From positions 372,001-436,000 of the forward strand of contig NC_043022.1 in NCBI RefSeq assembly GCF_006345805.1: a stretch of DNA of 64,000 nucleotides. Reading direction: 5' to 3'. Source of the DNA: Octopus sinensis (taxonomy: Eukaryota). Position 1 is the first letter of the stretch; every line of letters starts with the position of its first letter. This document shows positions 38,801 to 53,070 of the stretch, piece by piece. The position numbers and the translations under genes were made by a program. The notes under the pieces are model-generated. The model saw nothing but the letters and a program-made list of their open reading frames with translations, did not search any database and was not told the origin of the DNA.

Positions 38801-40900
38801 AATTTAAGGGTTACATTTGAGCAAGATTGTTGTTTAGCCCCAGGTTAACACTAATGAAACAAAACTATGATCAAAAGTATTCAAACTACGATCATCCCAT
38901 CTTTTGGAGACCCGGGACCACAAAATCTAACCTGTCCTTTTCTAAGACCTAAGTGTAATTTGAGAAAGATTTGGCTGCCATTTTTAGCAGAACGAGAGTT
39001 GGGATTAGTTTCATGGTCCGTGACGATTACAGTGTTTACGGTGAGTGATTGGTGACATGACACATAAATAATGCCACAGCACCATGCTTCACTGCTCTGA
39101 AAAATATTCACGAAACACCAGGAAGAAACTACTAATGAATGAGTCCTCTAGGTGGCCACTTAACCTGGCTGAAACAACAGCTAAATCCCCTACAAAGCAC
39201 ACCCTACCATCATAGAAAAAGAAATGTTGATTAATGTAGTCATACGAAAAAGAGAGGACGGTCACGGCTGGAATGCCTTTGATTTATAGTTTCCTCGGAG
39301 TGGAGATTTATCTCTTTAATCCATTTAATAAAAATACAGGGATCGGGAGTTCCAGCAATCGGTCCCGTGGCTCCTTGGTACTCAAGAATGGGATCCACTG
39401 ATTTCGTTTATGAGAAGCCTATTTCTTAATCATTCACATACGTTTAGCTTCAGACGTGACAAACCGTTTCACTGAGTAAAATAAATAAATATCTATATAC
39501 ACACACACAATTAATATTGAACACCGCATTTGGTAGATAAATAACTTACAAGCACACACACATTATGGTTCGTTCTTTTCTTTGAGGAAGATTTGGCTGT
39601 TTATTCTGGCAATTCGACAGACCACGTAGAGGTTTCCCATATTGGTCTGTCGCATGCATTCTGAGCTAGGAAACCTGTGCTTTTTATTGGTAGGGGACAT
39701 TGTTCGAGACTTAAGGACAACGGCAGTTTGGGCATATATGATAATGTACTAATAGACATATCCCTCTAAAAAAAATTGGATGATCATCACTGAAGAGGAA
39801 CGCCTTTGGCCAGGGGTCTGCTCGCTCTAACTAGGGACTGAACGACAACAACAACAAAATGTGCCACCAAGGGAGACTTTTACAGGGTTATCATGACCGG
39901 AGCTGAACAACAAAATAACTAAACATTTTGAGCACATAATCCTTTTTCTTGTCCGTCAAATACTTAGGGACTCCATCGACAATCTTTTAAACCTCAAGGT
40001 AACTGTCAATTCGTTTTATAGTAACAGATCTGGCGAATCCCCATTTTAATGCGTGTGTTTGTGTAGAGAGAGGGAGAGAGTTACGAAAAGCACATCTATA
40101 TATATATATATAACACTTTTCTCTCATGCAACAGCAAACCACCTGCCCCCCACAAAATCGTATTTTTCGGTCAACCGCAGAAATGAGCAAACAAACAAAA
40201 CCACGTTTATTCCCTTTCAGGAGTTAAAAAATCTTTCTGAGGTCAACTTCGATTTTCGTTATCCGAGAATCGGTCGATAAAGTAAAACTGGGGTCACTTC
40301 TGAGGTCAATTTAATATCTCTATAAAGTATTCGAAGTGCGAATGGAATCATAATCGAAGACCAGACAAACTTCGATTTTTTTATCCTTCCGGGGTTAATA
40401 AAATAATTCACCAGTCAAGAATAGGAACAACAAGAATATGTCTACAAAGCATCTGCTACGGGAATGGAAGATTTATGACTGACAATATAGTTTTATTTTG
40501 TTGTCTATAACCCCAGGTCAGACCTGATTTGATCATACCACTTCCAGCCGTGTGTGTGTGTGTGTGTTTCAGACTTGATGCATTTAGAAGTACAATTTAC
40601 AAAGTGTTGCGATTTGATTGCTATTTCTAGCAGGCCTAGTGACTGACAATACAGAGAATCAATATCCATCATTATGTTTTGTAAACGAAATTTAAAAGTC
40701 GATCTCACACTGAAATCATGTGGAGAATAAATTACATTCTTTCAGATTATGAAAATCAGATTTCATCATTCAAACCATATAATATATAATTATATTTATA
40801 TATATTTATATTTATATATACTCCCAGAATCGATAACAGATGCAACAACAAAGCCTACCCAACTCATCCATATTCAAAAAAGAAACATTCAGCAACATAC

Positions 40901-40961
40901 CAGTCGGTCTTCGCCCAACAATTGAGCGAATTTCGTCTGTGGTGGTCATATTTCTTTCCAT
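40901..40961 (-). CDS. Candidate first coding exon (MERNMTTTDEIRSIVGRRPT)
   Basis: ATG at 40961 and donor CTG|gtatgt at 40900, inside a unique, CpG-richer island (about 40830-41460). Confidence 0.4.
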
Positions 40962-41430
40962 TTGTGTTGGTATGAATCGATGTAGATCTAAATCAATCGT
41001 ATATTCCGCCAGTGGAAACGGTCTGACCACAGTAGAACCATTTACCGTTCCATGACTCTCTCTGAGTATAAATAAAAAGGTTTCTGAGTCAAAGAGGAAG
41101 AGACAATCTTTTCACGTCACCAAAATATGCGCCGGGTCACAGCACCGTTTCTCTCACCACTACTGGTAACCGGTGTAACACCACTGCAGTTTCCCTCTTA
41201 TTTCCATTCCACTTGTGCGGTAGTTAGTCTTGCTAGGTGCGTGAGTGTGAGTGTCTGTGTGTAGACGGAGAATTTCTTGCAATGCGAAAAGGGAAAAAAT
41301 TAAGTAACCCTTATATATTTCAAGTACCATGGCCCCCTCCATCAAAAGTAAACGGCTTAGAAATGGTAGTTTATGTAAATCCTGCTATGTTGATTACTGT
41401 ACGAGCCCTTTTAGCATTTTAAGAAGTACT

Positions 41431-41502
41431 CCGTCTTCCGCGTATTGGTCAGCACTCCGGACTCTGAATCCAACGATCCGAGTTTATGTCTTGGTAGGAC
41501 CT
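41431..41502 (+). pseudogene. tRNA-Gln(CTG) pseudogene
   Basis: tggtcagcactccggactCTGaatccaacgatccgagtt...ggtaggacct follows the eukaryotic tRNA-Gln consensus. The acceptor stem and T-loop (gtttatgtc) are degenerate, and a T-run follows. Confidence 0.75.
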
Positions 41503-41749
41503 ATTTTGTTCGCTACCTATTTGTCAGAATGGGACTGTAACGAATATACATGCATATATATATATATTATTCCCCTTTCATTACACCCTTTTGTATTATC
41601 TCATATCCCTCCCCACCACTACACACTCAATAACACTAGAATGGACGAAAGCGCTCATATATGATGTATAAAATCATGTAATATACAAATAAATATCTGT
41701 AAATATAAAACCATCCGAATTTCTGAGTATATCATTTCTTTTAATATAT

Positions 41750-41828
41750 ATACATATACATATATATATATAGAATATATATATATATATATTATATAGT
41801 ATATATTTATATATTAATATATTATTAT

Positions 41829-41859
<31 letters not shown>

Positions 41860-41896
41860 TAATATATTAATATATATATATATGAATTAATATATA

Positions 41897-41967
<71 letters not shown>

Positions 41968-42051
41968 CATATATTCTATATATATATATAATATAATATA
42001 TATTATATATATATATATATATATATTAATATATAATTATATTAAATATAT

Positions 42052-42094
<43 letters not shown>

Positions 42095-42135
42095 TATATA
42101 ATATATATATTATATATATATATAATATATATATT
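41750..42135. repeat. (TA)n low-complexity tract
   Basis: Direct reading. Confidence 0.95.
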
Positions 42136-42609
42136 AGGAGATTGTGTATGAGAAAAAAAGTTGTTGATAAGTTCGTGAGACTGTCTAGCGAAGGTGTGGA
42201 ACTTCGGAGTTATCGATCATCGATTTTTTCCTTGTAAAATTGTGTACGATACTCTACTTAAAGGTATTAAGTGATTCTACCATTAATGTTTAACTGATTC
42301 TATTATAAAAACAGACACCTACGTGCGTGCATGTTTGTGTGAAAAAATGACTTAATTTGATATGTTGGTGTTGAGAGGGAAGTTTCTGACGACATTGAAA
42401 GTAAGCTGTCGTTTGAGTCGCTTATTGACATCACATTGGTTGGAACAATATATTTTATGTGACAAGGGCGAAGACACGTTTCCTTGAATATCTTGAATAA
42501 TAAGAATGGACGAAAAGAAAAACAAGAAACAAATCAATTTAGTGGCACATTGAAGTTTTTCTCTAACTTTTCTTGCGACTTTTTCTGTGGTTTCTTCCTG
42601 AATTATAGG

Positions 42610-43262
42610 TACATACATATATACACGCTCGTATACACACACACATACATGCATACATAACATACATACATACATACATACATACATACATACATACATA
42701 AATAAATACATACATACTCATACATACATACATAAATACATACATACATACATAAATACATACATACATACATCATACATACATGCATGCATGCACACAC
42801 ACACACATACACACACACATACATACACACACACATACATACATACATAACATACATACATACATACATACATACATAAATACATACATACATACATACA
42901 TGCATGCATGCATGCATACATACATACATACATACATATATACATACATACATACACACATACACACACACACATACATACATACATACATACATACATA
43001 CATAAATGCATACATACATACATACATAAATACATACATACATACATACATACATACATGCATGCATGCATGCATACATACGTACATACATACATACATA
43101 CATATATACATACATACATACACACATACACACACACACACATACATACATACATACCTACATACATACATACATACATAAATGCATACATACATACATA
43201 CATAAATACATACATACATACATACATACATGCATACATACATACATACATACATACATACA

Positions 43263-43296
<34 letters not shown>

Positions 43297-43405
43297 CATA
43301 CATACATACATACATACATGCATAATACATACATACATACATACATACATACATACATACATACATACATACATACATAAATACATACATACATACATAC
43401 ATACA

Positions 43406-43439
<34 letters not shown>

Positions 43440-43472
43440 CATACATACATACATACATAAATACATACATAC
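42610..43472. repeat. (TACA)n microsatellite
   Basis: Direct reading; source of the MYVC/HTYI pseudo-ORFs. Confidence 0.97.
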
Positions 43473-44115
43473 ACGTGTGTGTGTGTGGCTCATATGTACA
43501 GAAATCAGAAGACAGAGACAGGTGAAGGAACAACACGTGGGTGTTTTAATTAGTTAAGGTTATTGTTCAGTTTGGTTAGATAAAAAGTAAATAAAAATTA
43601 AGGGGGTAGATAAGTAGTAAAAGACGCAAAGGGACGAATCGATCTTAGAGGAATCGTGGACTATCATTCAGTTTGAAAAAGCTGGAGACAACATTCTTCA
43701 GTGGTTGGCACGGCGTCAACTAATTATGAGCATGTAGACCTGTAAAAATTGTAATTCACCATGGGACCTTACTACAGGTGGTGATGTTACTGATGAAAAA
43801 TTATGGCACTGCAACGTGTAAAAGGAACAAATCTTCGTTACCGTTCAGTTTTTGAGAGAAATCATATTTCGCCGTGCAGCACGGAATTTTGTCAGTGAAG
43901 AGGTCGAGGGTCTGAAAGCGACGAAAATATTTTAACAAATTAAAATTTAAATGTTGAAGTGAATCTAACGATTTTTGTGTGTTTCTTAAATGGCTTACAA
44001 ACACCTTCCACGCTGCAACTATTTTCGTTCCAGCACACGATCTCAGATCAGGTCACTTGCTATGCAAGACATCTCTGTAATAATATATTATATATATATT
44101 ATATATATATATTAT

Positions 44116-44146
<31 letters not shown>

Positions 44147-44344
44147 GCACAGGCATGACTGCGTTCAGTGCCACTGCATGGCACCTTGGGCAAGTGTCTT
44201 CTGCTATAGCCTTGGCCCAACCAAAGCCTTGTGAGTGGATTTGGTAGACGGAAACTGATAGAATAAGTACTTGGCTTACAAAGAATAATTCCTGGGTCGA
44301 TTTGTTCGACTAAAGGCATGGCCGCTGTCAAATGACTGAAACAA

Positions 44345-44399
<55 letters not shown>

Positions 44400-45805
44400 G
44401 CATATAATTGTTTATACTTGTATGTGTGCGCGTATATATACACACAAGTGTGTGTGTGTGTGTGTTATAAATTAGTCTCTCGACAGCCAATTTACTTTAC
44501 CGAAGTTTCGTGTTAAAGAACCTTTCAAGTGAGGAAATGTAAATTAACAGTAATCAGACATGGCTGGGTGGAAGAGAATAGCTTGGGCTCTTTTCTACGA
44601 GAGGTTTGGAAGAAACATGTCTGAATTTTGTGTTACAAAAATAATAGGAAAAAGAGAAAAAAAGACAACGAATCCCAAAGACGATGCTTGCTTTAAGCCC
44701 GTCAGAGTTATATCCCTTAGAATGTGTCTTTCGTGTCATTGTCCTGCATTTTAGCATTCAAGGGGTAACTGTGCACCCCAAAATTATTGTTTGACTGTGG
44801 AATGGTGAAGGGTAGGATGAGGCTGAGAGAGTGAGAAAGAAAGAGAGAGAGAGATATGAGGAGGTGGGAGAGGGAGACTCAACAATCACTGGTCCTCTTT
44901 TAAAATGCTGTACAGATGTAACGTCGTCGCAGCATTGGTGAGCGACGTATGACTATTGAAAGACAACACAGTATAACACAAATTGGGGATTACTGGAAAC
45001 GTTCAGGCTTTACTTCAACAGCAGTTGAAATAGGAAATGCAGACTTTCTTTGGTAGAGAAAGGGATTATTCAGAAGAATCGCACAACTTGTATTCATGAC
45101 CGTAGCTATGTTTTAGTCAATTGGTCGGTCCCATTCTTTGCCACATTCGAAGTAGGTCCTCCAAAAGTTATTTTCCCTAACACCCATACCTAGGCACTCC
45201 TGGCACTTTACCACCTCTCTCTCCCCATCACTATCTCACTTTTTCTCCTTTCTCCTTACCTCCTCTCCATTTCACAAGCGAATTAAAAACAACAAAAGAA
45301 AAGAAATTGGATTTCTATTTGAATGTTGACATGAAGGATGATGACCAACCCAAGGCACATAACTCTGATGAACTTGAGAGCAAGCCTTGGCGTTTGTAAA
45401 TGTTTTCTCCTTGGCTTTCGTCCTTGCTTTTTGTTGGCTTGTTTGTTTTTGTCAACATCCCTGAGTCTTGTAAACCGTATGTGGTGTTTTCAGCCCTCCT
45501 GTACAAAAGACCCCAAGCTATAATCAACTATTCATCCATGTCTGATGACAGTTCAATTGCTTTTTCAGTCTTGAAAGTTTCAACACGAAACCATTCGGTA
45601 TCATGAATTGGCTGTTAGAAGATTAATTTATAATACAGTATGAATAAAATTTTTAAAATACCCACTTAATTTTCTAATCTACAAGAGCCTACATGTTTCT
45701 GACTTATAAAAATTTATTGCACAAATGCTCACTCACACACACCACCCACCCACACACACACACACACAAACACCACACACACATAATATATATATATATA
45801 TATAT

Positions 45806-45839
<34 letters not shown>

Positions 45840-45964
45840 AGAGAGAGAGAAATTATTTCCTGTCTGTTATATTTCACTTATATCTTTCGTCTGTTTAAAA
45901 TATGTGATTTGTCGTTGACTGTGTGTACGTGTGTGTGTGTGTGAGTGTGTGTGAGTGTGTGAGT

Positions 45965-46009
<45 letters not shown>

Positions 46010-46255
46010 TGTGTGTGCGTGCGTGCGTGCGTGCGTGGGTGCGTGTGGCCGTCTGGCTGTATCTGACTTTGTTTTTATCTAAAAGAAGTTAAAACGTGAG
46101 AATTTTATATTTACAGAAAGGAAGTAAAGTAAAAAGAAAATATTTTTGTTTGAAAACGCAAACATTAAAAACTGGGTTACAATGAGAAAGCTTGTAGAAA
46201 CTTGCATAACAAAGCATTCCATTGTTAATAAATACTCGTACTTATATATATATAT

Positions 46256-46845
46256 AAGGCCTGGTAAGAAGAAATTCCAGTGAACATATTATATATATAT
46301 ATATATATATAAAATAAATATAAGAGAGTGGTCACTATATGGCTCACTCTAGCACCAGTTAATCCAAAAGGTTTCAACCACAAAAATACATGTTTCCCAT
46401 GAAAGTCAGTACGATTGTTAACTCACACGGACAGGGCAAATAAAAAATAACAAAAATACAGATTATTTTGGGACAATTGTTTCGCTATTATAATTGTCCC
46501 AAAATAATCTGTATTTTTGTTATTTTTTATTTGCCCTATCCGTGTGAGCTAACAATCGTACTGACTTTCATGGGAAACATGTATTTTGTGTTGTTGAACC
46601 TTTTGGATTAACTGGTGCTAGAGTGAGCCATATAGTGACCACTCTCTTATATTTATTTTGTAAAAATATTATAATATATATAAAATATTATAATAATCCA
46701 GGTTTCTCGGAGCACTAGGCCACTTGGTGTTGAATAGATATACTATTAAATTAGTATCTAATTCTCTCACCCTTATTAATTAATTATATATATTATATAT
46801 ATATATATATATAATATGTTCACTGGAATTTTTTATACCAGGCCT
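46256..46845. mobile_element. Nested fold-back elements within (TA)n
   Basis: Inner arms 46311-46478 and 46492-46659; outer arms about 46256-46291 and 46812-46845. Confidence 0.8.
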
Positions 46846-46871
46846 GTAGTAGATTTGTGACTATGTATATA

Positions 46872-46902
<31 letters not shown>

Positions 46903-47389
46903 ACCTGCATGCCTAAGCTTCTATACAGTAATCGACTACCATATGTTATCATACAGGAGGGTTATTCCTTTTACTGGAAATAGATGTGGAAATCCATTCG
47001 GGTATACAGAATGGTATGCTTACGTCCCCGTTACTTGGTGGTTTGGCAAAAGACACCGATATGTATGTCATACATACATACATACATACATACATACATA
47101 CATACATAAACATACATACATACATACATACATACATACATACATACATACATACGTTGTGGTTAGGGTATGCACTCACGGTCGCAAGATTGTAGTTTCG
47201 TTTCCTGGACAGGTCGATGCATTGTTTTCTTGAGCAAAACACTTCATTTCGCGTTGCTCCAGTCCACTCAGTTGTATACATAACCTTCTGACGAACTAGC
47301 GTGCCGTGAAGGGGCAATGTTGCGATCTCGGGCTATAGGTATGGAAAACGGGATACCGTCCCTCTGAGTCCTAGAACTCCAGAGAGTAG

Positions 47390-47420
<31 letters not shown>

Positions 47421-47513
47421 CATACATACATACATACATACCCGTGTGTGTGTGTGTATATATATGTGTGTTTGTTTGTGTGTGTTGTGTATCTAATCTA
47501 TCTATATCATCTA

Positions 47514-47556
<43 letters not shown>

Positions 47557-47593
47557 ACTACTATATTAACTATTTATCTATCTATCTATCTAT

Positions 47594-47626
<33 letters not shown>

Positions 47627-47813
47627 ATCTCCATGATCTATCTATCTATCTCTATCTATCTATCTATCTATCATCTATTATCTATCTATCTATCTATCTC
47701 TATATACCTACCTCATCATATGCATATGCCTCTGTACGTATTTTTATGGTTTCAGTCAGAGGCTGGGGCCATGGTGGAGCACCGCCTTTCATCGTGTTTA
47801 GGTCTCCTTTCTG

Positions 47814-47913
47814 NNNNNNNNNNNNNNNNNNNNNNNNNNNNNNNNNNNNNNNNNNNNNNNNNNNNNNNNNNNNNNNNNNNNNNNNNNNNNNNNNNNNNNN
47901 NNNNNNNNNNNNN
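47814..47913. other. Assembly gap (100 N)
   Basis: Run of N. Confidence 1.
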
Positions 47914-48590
47914 CAACTCCACCACCACCAACTCCTCCACCACCACCACCATCACCACCACCACCATCACCACCACCACCATCACCATCATCACCAACTC
48001 CACCACCACCAACTCCACCACCACCACATCACACCGCCACCACCACCACCATCATCACCATCACCACCACCACCATCACCACCACCACCATCACCATCAT
48101 CACCAACTCCACCACCACCAACTCCTCCACCACCACCACCACCACCACCACCACCATCGCCGCCACCAACACCACAACGACAATCACCACCACCACCATC
48201 ACATCATCACCAACTCCACCCCACCAACTCCTCACCACCACCACCAACCACAACCACCAATCGCCGCCACCAACACCACCACACCATCCACCACCAACCA
48301 CCATCACCATCATCACCAACTCCACCACCACCAACTCCTCCACCACCACCCCCCCCCCCCTCACACCACCAACCACCACCATCACCAACACCACCATCAC
48401 CATCATCACCAACTCCACCACCACCAACTCCTCCACCCCACCACCACCACCACCACCACCATCGCCGCCACCAACACCACCACCACCATCACCACCACCA
48501 CCACCACCACCACCACCATCACCACCACCACCATCACCATCATCACCAACTCCACCACCACCAACTCCACCACCACCACCACCACCACCA
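47914..48590. repeat. (CAC)n/(CAT)n degenerate trinucleotide repeat
   Basis: Direct reading; source of the poly-H/T/P pseudo-ORFs. Confidence 0.95.
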
Positions 48591-49334
48591 GTTTTCCGTG
48601 TGTCGGCGTCCAGGCTCACACCTGCACCTGTTAAGCGTTGTCATGGAGACCACTGTTCTTCTCAAAAAAATCCTAAACTTCGTATTTTTGTAGAATCTGT
48701 CAAAATAAAACATTTTTTTCTCTTGGCTTTATTCAGAAAATTCTAGAGTTTCTAAGATATTTGCTGTTTTTTCTTCTGCAATTTCAACTAATCAATGACG
48801 TCTATTGTGCAACAACAAATAAATACAAAATACATTCGGTTGTGCCAATTCTTTGCACGGGAAACCTGCCTTTGTGTGGCGAGTTTCCCCATTTTCTAAA
48901 TTCGTCTTCGGCTTTCCTAGCCATTTCTCTGCTTTGAGCATGGCGACTTCAAAGCCATGAAGTCGTTCTTCGAGAAGAACGGTGGTCTCCTTGGCAACGC
49001 TTACGACGTGTGTTTTCCCTATCCCCCCTTCCCCACAGCTTCACGAGGGAGGGAAAGAAGGGGAGGAACAACACAGGTGCGGAGGCGAGCATGGACGCCG
49101 ACACACGAAGAATTGGAAAAACCCAGACGACTGCTTCACAGTCAAACGACTTCTACGGACAACTCTGCCACGACCACCACCAACTATGGCGGAAGAATGT
49201 ATCTGGTGGACGCGTCTGAAAGGATTGGAGACTAACACTTTCCTCTCTGGTCAATCTCTCTTGAACCTATTGGTGGATCCTATGAACCCAGAAAAATTTA
49301 AAACAGAGGGTTACCTACTTGCAAATAAATGTGA

Positions 49335-49371
<37 letters not shown>

Positions 49372-49378
<7 letters not shown>

Positions 49379-49734
49379 CTGAAGTTGTCTGTGTGTGGCA
49401 GGTTTGGTAGCCTTCAACTAACACTATCTCCTCCGAGACACTGCGGCACAAGTTGACCAAAATTGAGAGTATGATAGAAGACGGCTTGCTCTTCAAATCC
49501 GACCATGTTAACACCAAAAATTATTTACATAAAAAAGGTGCTTATTTTTCTATGAAAATCCCTATTTTTTACGATTTTTTGACAGCTGTGTCGCCATTTT
49601 TCGGTGTATTTCAACCAGAAAAAATGTTCACTTAAAGAGAATAACAAGCTACACAATGCAAAATTTTTACTTTTCAAAAATTCCAATTCTAAAGGGTCGA
49701 AACAAACCCAAGCAACACCGGATGATACTGCTAG
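49372..49734 (+). mobile_element. Second copy of the Helitron-like element, with a small internal deletion
   Basis: Colinear with 18780-19159 and ends ctgctag|t. Confidence 0.75.
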
Positions 49735-50269
49735 TCTCCCTTAAATCACTTACCAACCAGCTTAAAGAACCGTAAAGCACTTTGGATAGTGTAGGAAAAT
49801 ATTCCCTGCATAAGGGATGATGCGATATGGCCACTGATAGAATGTATGTCATCTGAGTTCTGCTCAATTACTGTTGACCTAGGGCTAAACAACAACAGAA
49901 ATAATAATGATAATAATAATAATAATGATAATAATAATAATAATGATGATGATGATGATGATGATCTTTTCTACTAAAGGCGCAAGGCCTGAAATTTGGT
50001 GGGAGGGGTAAGTCGATTACATTTAGGGGCTCCTGCATATTCGAATTTGTATATTTGAGTGTATATATGGATGCATGTGTGTGCGCACATATATGCGTGT
50101 ATGTAAATGTATGACCGTCCTTATGTGTGCGTGTCTGTCGTTGCATACATGTGTACACACACACACACACACGTATATATATATATACACACATACATAT
50201 ATACACCGAGTTCAGTTGGTAGATGGAAATTGAAAGAAGCCCGTCGCGCGCGCGCGCGTGTGTGTGCGT

Positions 50270-51892
50270 GAGTTCCTTTTGATAAACGCACTAGAAGGTA
50301 GCTTCTCCCTCTCTACCCTCACTTTCCTCTTCAACCGATATTCGAAAAAATTGATGAGGTCTTGGCCAGATAGGAAAATGCCTGTCTTCAAATCTTCTAC
50401 AAAGGTCCACCACACAGCCTCTTTTGTCACAGTCCCTATGCAGAGAAGGAACTGCCTTGCATCTCCGCTAAAGTAAGGTGGTGCGTCGATCTTCTATGCA
50501 CTCGGCGGACGGCTGAGTTCGTTTTACACGAGACAGTTGCTGCTCAAACCAGGCCTACAAGTCTGGGTCATTGTCGCTCATGCTCTCAACTAGTCCCCTA
50601 TGGAAATCTTGGGTTGTTTTCCCGTTAACAGTTTTGTCCCACTGGTGCAATGCAGTGAGCGCCTGACAAAATTCTAGATGCCATGCACCCAATCTAGTTC
50701 AAAGACTGACCCATAATTGCAGCTCCGTTAATGAAATGAGCTGTGGAAAGCGTGTCGCACGAAGGACGCCCACACCAGTTCACCTTCGTTTTTGTCACCG
50801 TCGTTCACACCATCTCAGTGATTTAGATATTTCTGCAGGTGCGTCAGCCTTAACGCATGTCGCCGCACCATCACGGATGGCATCCGAAGACCACCACGGA
50901 GTGGGTGTTGACAACAGGTGAATATTCTGACCCTTCCATAAGAATTGAAAAAAGTATGCGCTCCAATCTGGTGAGAGTTTTCTTTTTGGAGAGGAACAAG
51001 GTATGACTGCTATATGCATTCACTCCTTCCGTCCGGACTTTCAAAGACAGCTTCCTTTCTGCATATTTCTGAGTGAGCTTGGCCACCCTGATCATGACCT
51101 TTTCTCAGTTGCTATCTACCCGGAGATCTGGTTCGAACTAGACTGCGAGCATTTTCACCGGACCCTCCGACCAGCGATAGAAATCACTGCTAGTCGATAT
51201 GGACCTGCCTTTCCAAGAGCCTAGTTGCAAACCCACTGATTGCTTCTCGTTTGTGTGTGCTGCTGTACATACCTGATATTCTTTCAGTTTTCAGTTTAGT
51301 GTCAATCGTTTCTATGACAATGACGTCGTCTGCATGTCGCATTACACAGCTCTTTTGTGGCCCAGTTCCAGCGGGATACCCCTCAAATTCTCCAGCCTTC
51401 GCATAAAAAGTTCTAGTGCCAAAACATATAAAGCAGGGAGAGAGGGTGACCTTGGCGAACCGAGTGTTGAATACTGAAAGGTTCCGAGAGGTGGCCATTT
51501 AATTTGATGATTGAGCAGATGCCTCTATACATTGTGGTAATCTAACCTCTGAGGACGGGATTGAAACCAACCGCTTTTTGGAAAGCCACCAGATGGTGAT
51601 GGCTGGCCCTATCAAATGCCTTGGATTGGTTCAAATCTACCAGTGCACTTTCAAAGCCAGATCTATTCTCGACCCGTTCTACGATGTATTGCATGAGGTG
51701 AAAGTTGTCGTGGATAGGCCTACTGGGGATCGCACAGGTTTGTGCGTCCTCAACTGCATTACCGACAACAAGCATCAACCTCTTCGCGTTCACTTTAGCT
51801 GAAATCTTTAACTCGATGCTGAGTAGAGTCATGAGCTTGAAGTTTTCAATCACGTCCCCCTCTTGTTCAAGTCCTTCCTCAGTAGTCACCAC
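50270..51892 (-). mobile_element. Degenerate L1/Tx1-clade LINE ORF2 (reverse transcriptase to C-terminus)
   Basis: TLLSIELKISAKVNAKRL, AQTCAIPSRPIHDN, LVDLNQSKAFDR and HADDV resemble RT motifs, with many stops and frameshifts. Confidence 0.85.
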
Positions 51893-52043
51893 TTCGCGGC
51901 TCGCACGACTGTTACCAGGTACTGTAGATATGCCAAAACCGGAGTAAACAAATCAGATACATTGAAATATCATTCATAGAGCAGAGCATCCAACCCTGGG
52001 GTTTTGTGTCCCGCACAACGGCTCAGTACATCTGTCACCTCCT

Positions 52044-52076
<33 letters not shown>

Positions 52077-52077
<1 letters not shown>

Positions 52078-52370
52078 GACGGGCTTCCTTCAGTTTCCGT
52101 CTACCAAATCCACTCACAACGGTTTGGTCGGCACGAGTAGAAGACACTTGCCCAAGGTGCCACGAAGTGGGACTGAACCCGGAACCAAGTGCTTGGGAAG
52201 CAAGCTTCTTAACACACACACACAAACACATATATACGACGGGTTTCTTCCAGTTTCCGTCTACCGAATCCTCCCACAGGGCTTCGGTCGGCCCGAAGCT
52301 ATAGCAGATGACACTTGCCCAAGGTGCCACGCAGTGGGACTGAACCCGGGACCATGTGGTTAGGAAGGAC
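52077..52370 (-). mobile_element. Two tandem SINE family A head fragments
   Basis: Repeated gacacttgcccaaggtgccacg..gtgggactgaaccc. Confidence 0.85.
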
Positions 52371-53070
52371 GGTTCTTATGCATATATATATATATATACA
52401 TACATGTGTGTGTGTGTGTATTACATCTGAATACCATCTAAATATACACACAATGTATATACTTTAATCATACATGTTTCGTTTATCCCCTTTAAAAATA
52501 TGCACTTTATACACCCTTCAAATTTTCTGGCCCTTCGTATATCAGTTTCATTCCACGCTTGCAGATGCTAATTTGAGTAAGCTTGGTTCCACTGGGAACT
52601 TGTATGTGTGTGTGCATGAGTGTTTCTGTGTATGCATGTATATCTTTGTACATGTGTATGTGTATGTTGCACGTGTGACTTCAAAAATACTTTGTGCCCG
52701 GGTATATGCAGGGGTGTATGTGCGCGCGCGCGTGTATGTGTGCATATATGTATGAATGTATGCATGTATGTAAATATATGCATGGCAGTACACATACATA
52801 TCCACCAATGTTACTCTTGTAAAGATCAAGCCCTCATTCCTCCGCCAAATTATCTTGTGATGTAGAGACCGCACTACAAGCAGTTTTGTAAATTGGTAAT
52901 TAGTTAATTACTTGTTAAATTAATTAATCCTTCAATTAACTTAGAGATTAGGGGAGAAAATATAAAACATGCTTTTAAAATTGAGATTAGAGTTGAAGCC
53001 TGGTTGTTTTTCGTTTGTTTAACACGTATTTTATTCTTTCGTTTTCACTTTATAATGAAAATCTGTGCAA

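Noticed and set aside
42352-43536. MYVC/HTYI-repeat ORFs (likewise the YI, CV and HT ORFs elsewhere)
   Set aside because: Microsatellite translations.
47633-48693. His/Thr/Pro-rich ORFs (extensin- or mucin-like)
   Set aside because: A CAC trinucleotide repeat that spans an assembly gap and is open in most frames.
52798-52873. In-frame TGA as selenocysteine in the frame DNLAEE*GLDLYKSNIGGY-PIHDTEW
   Set aside because: The upstream exon has a TAA in that frame, and I saw no SECIS element or redox motif.
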